Shown: positions 55,952-64,000 of the stretch, piece by piece
How positions within the stretch are numbered: position 1 is the stretch's first letter
Layout: each line of letters starts with the position of its first letter
Source: a virus
Strand: one strand, 5' to 3'
Virus record (IMG/VR): IMGVR_UViG_3300045970_000455
Location: 1-64,000 of that record
DNA: 64,000 nt
Notes under the pieces: model-generated
The model's database searches: none
The model's input: the letters and a program-made list of their open reading frames with translations, nothing else
What the model was told of the DNA's origin: nothing
Position numbers and translations under genes: made by a program

Positions 55952-58900
55952 TGCCAAGTATTGTTCTATTTGGGGCGGCTGCTGCAAGAGCGTGGGGTAA
56001 TATAGTAATAGCTCAAGCTGCTGTAGATTCTGATCCATACTTTTCTTCTGTCTCTTTATTGTTACATGCAGATGGCACAAATATGTCAACCGCATTTGCT
56101 GATAGCAGTGTTTATGCAAACACGATTACATCCGTAAATGATGCCTTTATAACAACTACAGGCACTAAATTCGGCGCTGGCGCAGCGTCTATAAATAATG
56201 GCCAATACCTCACGGTACCTGATAGTAGTTTGTTTGATTTAGGCGGAACAGATTTCACAATAGAATTTTGGGCATACCATTCTGCCATTGTAACACAACA
56301 ACAGTTAATAACAAAAAGAGCAAGTAGTTCAGTATTTGGCCCATTCTCAATATTCAATGATCTTTCTGGAAAGCCGGGGCTATTAGTAAGCACCGATGGT
56401 ACAACATGGGGAGTGTCTATTATTGCTGCTGCTGCTATTACTATAAATACCTGGCATCATTGGGCGGCCACGAGAACTGGAAATATTTACAGATTGTTTG
56501 TTGATGGGTCGCAGGTAGGAACAGCCACGGTGGCAGGATCATTATTTGTGAATACATCACCGGTGGCGATAGGATGTAACATAGGCGGATTATTACCATT
56601 TGTCGGAAAACTCGATGATATAAGAATAACCAAAGGTATTTCTCGATATACGGCAAACTTTTCTGTGCCAACTGCTGCATTTCCAAATACTTTACCTGCT
56701 GACCCATATTACTCTTCTGTTGCATTATGGTTAAGAGCAAACGGTACCAACGCATCGACTACATTTATAGATAGTAGTCCTGCGCCGAAAACTATAACAG
56801 CATATGGCTCGTCACAAATAAGCACAGCAAGATATGTGACTGGAACATCATCATTATATTTAAATGGTACAGCAGATCCAGTGATATTATTAATGCATAT
56901 GGATACAACGACATTATCTGACGAGAAAGGATTGACTGTAACTATCGGTGGTTCTGCTGCCAGAAGTGCAACCCAAAGTAAATTCGGCAGCTATTCTGCA
57001 TATATACCGGGTTCGGGTAGTTATTTGGCGCTACCTCTTGGTGGCAGGTGGTCTACAGGTACAGGAAACTTTACAATAGATTTTTGGATATATCCTACTG
57101 TGATAGGTGGTGGTACAATAAAGAGATATTTTTCTATGGAACAAGCCACAGAATCTATTGTTATACGGGAAGAATCAAATGTAATAAAGGCATATTTTAG
57201 ATTTGGATCGGCGACGGTAGTCAGCTTAGTCGGATCAGCGGCACCAACATTAAACACATGGCAGCATATAGCATTAGTAAGAAACGGAAGCACGTTTACA
57301 TTATATAAAAACGGTACAAGTATCGGAACATTAACAAATGCAGGGGCTATAAATGCATCTGCAACGATACCTACCATAGGATCGGCTGCTGAATATTTTA
57401 CCGGTTACATAGATGAATTTAGATTTACTAAAACCGCTGAATGGACAACAACATTTACTCCACCGGTGGCGGCATATACAACAACAGATACATCAACATA
57501 TTTACAAGCAGCAGCAGACACTGCATTTAATCTTACAAGCGATTTTACGATAGAATCATGGGTTAACTTCACTGTATTACCGACAAGTGGAATATATGTG
57601 GGAGTGATTACAAAAAACTGGGATCAGCCTGACTTAAATAATAACTTCTTCTTTGGTATAGTAAATACAGCAGGCGTATATTATGTTCAACTGTACTATG
57701 GAACAATAAATGGTCAAACAACTACTGTGGCACAGCAAGCATTTCACACATTACCATTAAATAGTTGGGTGCATATAGCAGCAGTTAAATACAATGGAAT
57801 AATAACAATATACGCAAATGGTGCTGGCGGCACGCAACTAAGTGCTCCTGCATTCTTCGAAACTACGGCACCGATCAATATAGGTGTAGCGAACCCTACT
57901 AGTTCTTCCGGTTATACTTGGTTAATGCAAGGAGCATATTTAGATGATATGAAAATAACTGCTGCGGCAAGATACACATCAGACTTCAATATGTATAATA
58001 CAGTTGCACTACCATATGATCCATACTTTAATAATGTTACGCTGATGTTACACGGCGAAGGTGTGTTAAATGGTACTGTGTTTCTCGACTCGAGTCCTAC
58101 CATAAAAACAGTTACACCTACTGGCACTACCCTGACAACAACTGCACAATATAAATATGGTAGTTCATCTATACAATTTAATGGTGGAAATTCATACCAA
58201 TCTATAGCAAACAACGCAGGATTTACGTTTGGTAGCGGCGATTTTACAGTAGAGTTATTTATTAGGGTGAGTGCTTCTACTGGATCACCCCAACAGATAT
58301 TAGGTGTATGGCATAACAGTTTAGGATGGGCGTGGCAGATTAATGTAGATACCAACCGCTATGTACTTTTTACTTGTAATACAAACATTTCTGCGGCATC
58401 GGCGGCACCTATATCTTACGGGGTGTGGTATCATATAGCAGCAGTAAGATCAAGCGGAAGTATAATGTTATTTATTGATGGTGTGCTGCAATCGACTACT
58501 GCATTCACAGCAAGTGTTACCGCATCTACCTCACCGTTGGTAATCGGTTCTGTTTCTGGACCCATCACCTGGTTTTATGCTGGATGGATGGATGAGATAA
58601 GAATAACAAAAGGTGTAGCAAGATATACATCGTCGTTTGTACCGCCTACAGGTGCATTTATTGATGCAGGACCGCCCGATACAGTAGATCCATACTTTTC
58701 TTCTGTGTCTCTATTATTGCATGCCGATGGTTCGGAAGGTTCTTCCACATTCACTGATTCAAGTGCTATACCGAAAGTGGTAACACAGCGCCCGTCAGCA
58801 TTAGGATTAGGAACAGGCGTATCAGTATCGGGCGTGGCTGCTCGTGATATGATTTTTGCAAACGGTAAATTCGTTGCTGTACGATCGGGTGGAGCATATG

Positions 58901-60249
58901 TATCTACTAATGGAACAACATGGATAGGTTATACGATAGGACAGTTTGGTGCAAATGAAGCATACGGTCTAGCATATGGTGCAGGAGTGTATGTAACAGT
59001 GAGTGGTGGTTCGGCGCAGGCAGCTACATCACCCGATGGTGCCGTGTGGACGGCAAGAACATTGCCCGTTAGCGGCGGCTGGCAGAAAGTAGTATACGGA
59101 AACGGAACCTTTCTTGCAATAACAACGTACCAAGGAGCAACTTCGACGGATGGTATAACATGGGTACAACATAATATACCTGCTGCTGGCACCATAGGTT
59201 TAGAGTTTGGTAACGGTATTTTTGTGCTTGCGCCAGGATATGGTCGAACTGTTTATACATCACTTGATGGAATAAACTGGACAACTCGCACCAATGTATT
59301 AAGTGCAGAATTTGGCAATACAACACAATATATTATGAGAATAGTATACGGTGGTGGCAAATTTGTATTGGCAACAAGAGGAATGACTGGTACAATAAGT
59401 TACACAGCATCTTCTGCCGACGGCATAACATGGGTAACATCCACTATGCCATATTGGTTATATTGGGATAGTTTAACATACGCTGGTGAGTTTTGGATTG
59501 CTGCTACATATTCTAGTACAGTAACAGCCATTTCTTATGATGGTACAACCTGGCACCCTGGCCCGGCGCTGCACAGTGTCGGCGGTGCTTGGTATTGTGG
59601 CGCATACGGTAACGGCGTTGCGGTTATCGGTAATCTAAATGTTTCATACTACGAAGTATTTCCTGTACAAGCAACACGATCTACCATTAGCAATTCTACA
59701 GGTAGATTTAATAGAACCTCTATAGCTGTAAAAGGATTTAATGATGGTCTTACTGTCAGCCCATACACATCATTTGACTTTGGTTCGAGCAACTTTACGA
59801 TAGAACTATTTGCAAAACTTAATACAATACGCTCAACAGGCCAGTGGGTGCCGCTTATACACAAATCGTGGAATGATGTAACACGCGGATATGCATGGTG
59901 GTTAGGTGTCTCGGCCAGTGGTGCTTCTTTTTACTATACATCATCGGGCGAAATAGCAACAATGGCAAATGCATATACTGCTTCTTCTATACTAGCAAAT
60001 GTGTGGATACATTATGCTGTAGTAAGAAATGGAAATTCTATCACTATTTATGTTAACGGTGTTGGTGGCACACCTACAACATTTGCAGGATCTATCTATG
60101 CTAACTCATCGGATCTTATGATTGGAATGGATCCTAACTCGAGTACTAATGATTTGCCAAATGCATACCTGGACGAAATAAGAATCACTAATGCAGCAAG
60201 ATACACCGCAAACTTTAACCCACCGACTGCACCGGGACCTAATGCATAA
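55951..60249 (+). CDS. Multi-LamG (ConA-like) virion adhesin with inserted beta-propeller-like repeats
   Basis: Repeated DPYFSSVSLLLH...DFTIE.W...W.H.A..R...DEIRITKG.ARY; S.DG..W repeats. Confidence 0.85.
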   Translation: MPSIVLFGAAAARAWGNIVIAQAAVDSDPYFSSVSLLLHADGTNMSTAFADSSVYANTITSVNDAFITTTGTKFGAGAASINNGQYLTVPDSSLFDLGGTDFTIEFWAYHSAIVTQQQLITKRASSSVFGPFSIFNDLSGKPGLLVSTDGTTWGVSIIAAAAITINTWHHWAATRTGNIYRLFVDGSQVGTATVAGSLFVNTSPVAIGCNIGGLLPFVGKLDDIRITKGISRYTANFSVPTAAFPNTLPADPYYSSVALWLRANGTNASTTFIDSSPAPKTITAYGSSQISTARYVTGTSSLYLNGTADPVILLMHMDTTTLSDEKGLTVTIGGSAARSATQSKFGSYSAYIPGSGSYLALPLGGRWSTGTGNFTIDFWIYPTVIGGGTIKRYFSMEQATESIVIREESNVIKAYFRFGSATVVSLVGSAAPTLNTWQHIALVRNGSTFTLYKNGTSIGTLTNAGAINASATIPTIGSAAEYFTGYIDEFRFTKTAEWTTTFTPPVAAYTTTDTSTYLQAAADTAFNLTSDFTIESWVNFTVLPTSGIYVGVITKNWDQPDLNNNFFFGIVNTAGVYYVQLYYGTINGQTTTVAQQAFHTLPLNSWVHIAAVKYNGIITIYANGAGGTQLSAPAFFETTAPINIGVANPTSSSGYTWLMQGAYLDDMKITAAARYTSDFNMYNTVALPYDPYFNNVTLMLHGEGVLNGTVFLDSSPTIKTVTPTGTTLTTTAQYKYGSSSIQFNGGNSYQSIANNAGFTFGSGDFTVELFIRVSASTGSPQQILGVWHNSLGWAWQINVDTNRYVLFTCNTNISAASAAPISYGVWYHIAAVRSSGSIMLFIDGVLQSTTAFTASVTASTSPLVIGSVSGPITWFYAGWMDEIRITKGVARYTSSFVPPTGAFIDAGPPDTVDPYFSSVSLLLHADGSEGSSTFTDSSAIPKVVTQRPSALGLGTGVSVSGVAARDMIFANGKFVAVRSGGAYVSTNGTTWIGYTIGQFGANEAYGLAYGAGVYVTVSGGSAQAATSPDGAVWTARTLPVSGGWQKVVYGNGTFLAITTYQGATSTDGITWVQHNIPAAGTIGLEFGNGIFVLAPGYGRTVYTSLDGINWTTRTNVLSAEFGNTTQYIMRIVYGGGKFVLATRGMTGTISYTASSADGITWVTSTMPYWLYWDSLTYAGEFWIAATYSSTVTAISYDGTTWHPGPALHSVGGAWYCGAYGNGVAVIGNLNVSYYEVFPVQATRSTISNSTGRFNRTSIAVKGFNDGLTVSPYTSFDFGSSNFTIELFAKLNTIRSTGQWVPLIHKSWNDVTRGYAWWLGVSASGASFYYTSSGEIATMANAYTASSILANVWIHYAVVRNGNSITIYVNGVGGTPTTFAGSIYANSSDLMIGMDPNSSTNDLPNAYLDEIRITNAARYTANFNPPTAPGPNA

Positions 60250-62549
60250 TGCCGGTTATTAACTCTTTCGGAACAGCAGCAGCTAGGGCATGGGGTACAG
60301 CCACAAATGTGGTTAATGTACCGATAGATCCATACTTCGATAACGTGGTATTCTTAGCACACTTTGACGGCACAAATGGTAGTAATACCATAGTTGACAG
60401 CAGCTACTTAGGTAATACTCCAACCATTAACGGTGCCGGTACTATAAGTACAGTTGATAAGAAATTCGGAGTATCATCGTGGAAAGCCTCAACCGGTAAC
60501 TCTTACTTCACTGTATCACTCGGATATGACGGATATATGACAGGTGATTTTACATGGGAGTGCTGGTATACAGGCAACGGTGGCACCAATGTTATAATGT
60601 GTTCAGCTACAGCGGCAGGAACAGCCTATAACCCGGCTGGCGGCTACATATACAACGGATACTATCAGGGCTATGGTGGAACGGCATTGCCATTAACTAC
60701 ATCCAATGTGGCATGGACTCACATTGCTATAAGCAGAACCGGAAGTTCTTTATCATCTTTCACAAACGGTGTTCTCGGTAGCACAGTGACATATGCAGGT
60801 GCGATTGATCTTCAACTGTGTAAATATGGATATTATATAACGGGCGGTAATCTCTTCTATCAAGGATACTACGATGAGATTCGAATAACAAAGGGAATCG
60901 GCAGATATACATCAACTTTTTCTGTACCTACTGCTGCATTTCCTGATAGAGGCCCAACAACGTACGATTCATACTATTCATCTGTATCGCTATTGTTGCA
61001 CGGAGAAGGAAGTAACGGATCTACAACCTTTACAGATAATAGTCCTACACCAAAAACAATAACACGGCAACCAGCAGGGTACAGTTTAGGACCGATTACA
61101 ACCGTAACAGGAACACAGGCATCGAGAGATATCATATATGCCAACAATCAGTTCGTATCAATAGCAGGTACCGGTTCGATGACATCACCCAATGGCATCA
61201 CTTGGACAGGTGGAACCTTGCCTGCAGGGCCTACCGCATATTGGGGATTAGCATACGGCAACGGTGTATATGTAACAATGGGCAATAGTTCTGCAATAGC
61301 AGCAACATCTACAGATGGATTAAACTGGACATCTCGTGCATTACCTGTATCAACAGGCTGGTATTCGGTTGTATTCGGTAATAATACCTTTGTGGCGAGT
61401 AACTCCGGCAATACATATGTATTAACCTCATCCGATGGTATAACATGGACTCAAAGAACTACACCAGCAGGATCATCGTGTTTACCTGCATTTGGCGCAG
61501 GATTATTTGTATATCCAAACTACAACCCGAGAAATGTGTATACATCTCCCGATGGTATAACATGGACAACAAGGACAAATGCGCTGCCAGCCTGGCCGGT
61601 TGCAACAACAGTATCCATAATAAAATACGGCGGTGGGAAGTTTGTATTAGGAACAACAACAAGCACAGGCACGGTAGGGTATACCGCATATTCATCGGAC
61701 GGTATAACGTGGACACAATCAACTTTCCCTCATACTGCTGTTGCGTATTGGTATGGGTTGGCACACTCCGGAAATATGTGGTATGCATCTGTATATGGTG
61801 CTAGTGTCGGCGCAATATCATATGATGGCATTTATTGGCAAGCTGTTTCGGGCGGAGGGAATAATGGTGCAAATCATGTTGCGTACGGTAATGGTGTATT
61901 TGTGGTTGGTAATCTATCATTAGGTCAGGTGGCTGTAATACCGGAGGTATCTTCACAGACAGCAATATCTACCACAACCAAGAAGATTGGCACATCATCG
62001 ATGTCGTTTGCAAATAACAGTCTTACGGTAACACCTGAATCTTCGTTTGATTTAGGTTCTGGAAACTTTACGATAGAAATGTATGCTAAGTTTAATACAT
62101 TACCGGCAACCGGTAACTATATGGCTCTTCTTACTAAAGGATGGAATGATACAGCACAAAACGATTATTCATATTTCTTCGGTATAGGGGCAGGTGTTGG
62201 CACAGGGGTAACAACCCATCTTGCTTTTTATCATAGTTCCAATGGGCTGGCAGCAACAGTTACATCTGCAAATGTAACATGGACAGGTGTTGCTATAAAC
62301 ACATGGGTGCATTTAGCAGCGGTAAGGAATGGTAACGCTATCACTTGTTATGTTAACGGTATTGGCGGCACACCAGAAACTTTCGCCGGAACAATATTTA
62401 ATTCTACAAGCAATCTTTACATAGGTGTCGATCCTACCGTTACATTAAATATTCAGCCTAATGCATACTTAGACGAAATAAGAATCACAAATGCAGCAAG
62501 ATATACAGCAAACTTTAACCCACCTACTGCACCGGGACCTAATAGTTAA
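60249..62549 (+). CDS. LamG plus beta-propeller adhesin, paralogue of the preceding gene
   Basis: Same motifs; near-identical C-terminus. Confidence 0.85.
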   Translation: MPVINSFGTAAARAWGTATNVVNVPIDPYFDNVVFLAHFDGTNGSNTIVDSSYLGNTPTINGAGTISTVDKKFGVSSWKASTGNSYFTVSLGYDGYMTGDFTWECWYTGNGGTNVIMCSATAAGTAYNPAGGYIYNGYYQGYGGTALPLTTSNVAWTHIAISRTGSSLSSFTNGVLGSTVTYAGAIDLQLCKYGYYITGGNLFYQGYYDEIRITKGIGRYTSTFSVPTAAFPDRGPTTYDSYYSSVSLLLHGEGSNGSTTFTDNSPTPKTITRQPAGYSLGPITTVTGTQASRDIIYANNQFVSIAGTGSMTSPNGITWTGGTLPAGPTAYWGLAYGNGVYVTMGNSSAIAATSTDGLNWTSRALPVSTGWYSVVFGNNTFVASNSGNTYVLTSSDGITWTQRTTPAGSSCLPAFGAGLFVYPNYNPRNVYTSPDGITWTTRTNALPAWPVATTVSIIKYGGGKFVLGTTTSTGTVGYTAYSSDGITWTQSTFPHTAVAYWYGLAHSGNMWYASVYGASVGAISYDGIYWQAVSGGGNNGANHVAYGNGVFVVGNLSLGQVAVIPEVSSQTAISTTTKKIGTSSMSFANNSLTVTPESSFDLGSGNFTIEMYAKFNTLPATGNYMALLTKGWNDTAQNDYSYFFGIGAGVGTGVTTHLAFYHSSNGLAATVTSANVTWTGVAINTWVHLAAVRNGNAITCYVNGIGGTPETFAGTIFNSTSNLYIGVDPTVTLNIQPNAYLDEIRITNAARYTANFNPPTAPGPNS

Positions 62550-63313
62550 AGAACTGCGTTGATACTTGCTGCTAAATCTGCATCATAGTTATCGGCAGTT
62601 TCATCAAACCAGTTCGTGCTTCTAATAGCCCACTCCCAATATGAGTGTGGAATATTTTCCAATAGTTCGCCTTTATGCTTACCAAATGGGAATTTCTTAT
62701 ACAATATTGGTTTAGACAACCATTCTACTATCTGAGGACCGTACGGTTTGCTAGTGTCTAATAAGCTATTACTCTCCATTAAATCCACCAAAAATTCAAG
62801 CAATTTTCCGGTCATATACGAATCGTTGCCCGCACGGTGGCAATGCATCTCTATAGGCACCTCTAAATCGAGCGCAAATCTTAAGTATGGTAAGTTTGTT
62901 TCTTCTACGCTATCTATATCACTAAATAACTTTTTGGACATACGCCATGTGCATAACCAGTTATGCTTAGATGTATCTATTCCGTGATTACCTAACACAC
63001 GCATATCATAAAAATGATTATGAGCAACAAGATATCCACTTGCATATCCGTCAACTACAGATTTAAATATTTCCTTAGAATCTACGAATGCAGGTTTGTC
63101 TTCAACCATTTCATTTGTTATATAACAGATAGATTCTATCTTGGGCGGAATAGTTCCCTTTACGGGTTTGTGTAGTTCCTGAAATATTGTCCAATCATTA
63201 TCTTCACGGATAACAAAACCAGTTTCAATGATTTCAGCGAGATTGTAATCACTGGAAGTTGTCTCTGTATCTAATATCAAACAACTTTTCAAAAAATCTT
63301 CTTTATGTGACAT
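62546..63313 (-). CDS. DEDDh 3'-5' exonuclease (ExoX-like)
   Basis: LDTETT, AHN..YD, HRAGND, FPFGKHKG. Confidence 0.88.
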   Translation of the reverse strand: MSHKEDFLKSCLILDTETTSSDYNLAEIIETGFVIREDNDWTIFQELHKPVKGTIPPKIESICYITNEMVEDKPAFVDSKEIFKSVVDGYASGYLVAHNHFYDMRVLGNHGIDTSKHNWLCTWRMSKKLFSDIDSVEETNLPYLRFALDLEVPIEMHCHRAGNDSYMTGKLLEFLVDLMESNSLLDTSKPYGPQIVEWLSKPILYKKFPFGKHKGELLENIPHSYWEWAIRSTNWFDETADNYDADLAASINAVL

Positions 63314-63476
63314 TTATTTTACCTTTCTTTTCTACTCTTATATCTGCATCATCTGGTATAGCATAGGGACACGACTCTTCCCATAGTTCCGGGTGTTTGT
63401 CTAAATCTGCTATTTCACTTAAAAATTCGTATCCTTCTTCTGCTATTCCGTATATTATATATTCATACTTATACAT
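63303..63476 (-). CDS. Small hypothetical protein (57 aa)
   Basis: Hand-translated MYKYEYNIYGIAEEG...; GGAG SD. Confidence 0.45.
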   Translation of the reverse strand: MYKYEYIIYGIAEEGYEFLSEIADLDKHPELWEESCPYAIPDDADIRVEKKGKINVT

Positions 63477-63542
63477 ATGTTCTCCGCTTTATCTTAATAA
63501 GTTTAACACAATCTATATAGAAAATCAAGTTTTCAATCATAG

Positions 63543-63566
63543 GTAGTGGCACAAAAGTGCCACTAC
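63543..63566. terminator. Hairpin
   Basis: GTAGTGGCAC-AAAA-GTGCCACTAC. Confidence 0.65.
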
Positions 63567-63574
63567 AGTTTATT

Positions 63575-64000
63575 TCAATATCTTTTTAATGTAAATACTG
63601 GTGCAGCTTGAAATGATCTGTCTAACACCTTATACACCTGATATCCTGTCACAAACTTGATAGGACCAAGTGTGCAAGAATATCTCCATATATCACCTCT
63701 TTCCCAGAACCCTAAAGGAGTCTCCGGAATATAGTCGGTAGTAGGTTTACCTAATCTAACTGCTAATGTCATTAAACAGTTTCTAACCCCTAACCAGTAC
63801 CAACTTGTAAACCATTTACCATACTTGTCATATATCTTTTTAACGGTAGGTTCATACATACCGCCCGGTAATCTTTCATCGGGTGTAGAGAACCAAGATA
63901 ACCACTTAGGTAAATCCCCACGTATAACACCATCGGTTGGCTGCTTATCCCATTTAATAAAAGGTAATGTAAGTATTACCAAGAACGGGCATAAGAAACT
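63575..64000 (-). CDS. Hypothetical protein, probably 5' truncated by the window edge
   Basis: LPKWLSWFSTPD, WLGVRN motifs. Confidence 0.6.
   Translation of the reverse strand, partial: SFLCPFLVILTLPFIKWDKQPTDGVIRGDLPKWLSWFSTPDERLPGGMYEPTVKKIYDKYGKWFTSWYWLGVRNCLMTLAVRLGKPTTDYIPETPLGFWERGDIWRYSCTLGPIKFVTGYQVYKVLDRSFQAAPVFTLKRY

Noticed and set aside
60160-62543. Diversity-generating retroelement TR/VR pair
   Set aside because: Differences are synonymous and not adenine-specific, both copies are coding, and there is no reverse transcriptase in the window.
1-64000. Stop-codon reassignment
   Set aside because: Conserved genes are full length in the standard code, and TAA, TGA and TAG all terminate genes.
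1-64000. tRNA or rRNA genes
   Set aside because: Intergenic gaps are short and no cloverleaf was recognised by eye; tRNAscan was not run.

Overview
This window is a gene-dense, AT-rich segment of a large T4-like (jumbo) tailed phage genome using the standard genetic code. Host-like IscU, ErpA, ClpA and IF-1 suggest a proteobacterial host. Most genes lie on the minus strand behind sigma70-type TTGACA-N17-TATAAT promoters. Putative structural and late genes carry an ATAAATA motif resembling the T4 late promoter. Content includes replication genes (family B polymerase, sliding clamp, clamp loader, RNase H, DnaE fragment, DEDDh exonuclease); a 7-deazaguanine DNA-modification cluster (QueE, QueD-like/DpdL-type protein, DpdA, glycosyltransferase, methyltransferase, two unknown paralogues); host-like genes (iscU, erpA, clpA, clpP, dnaJ, groES, infA, phoH); and many tail-fibre or adhesin genes. 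The three most interesting observations follow. (1) In a GC-richer NAD-salvage block, an RlmN/Cfr-like radical SAM enzyme lacks its C-terminal catalytic AACGQ segment. That segment is encoded about 900 bp downstream as a separate 48-aa ORF (596-742) absent from the supplied ORF track. (2) A glycine-rich adhesin is split into two genes at a Hint domain. (3) The deazaguanine cluster is coupled to glycosyl- and methyltransferases. All family assignments come from motif recognition by eye; no searches were run.
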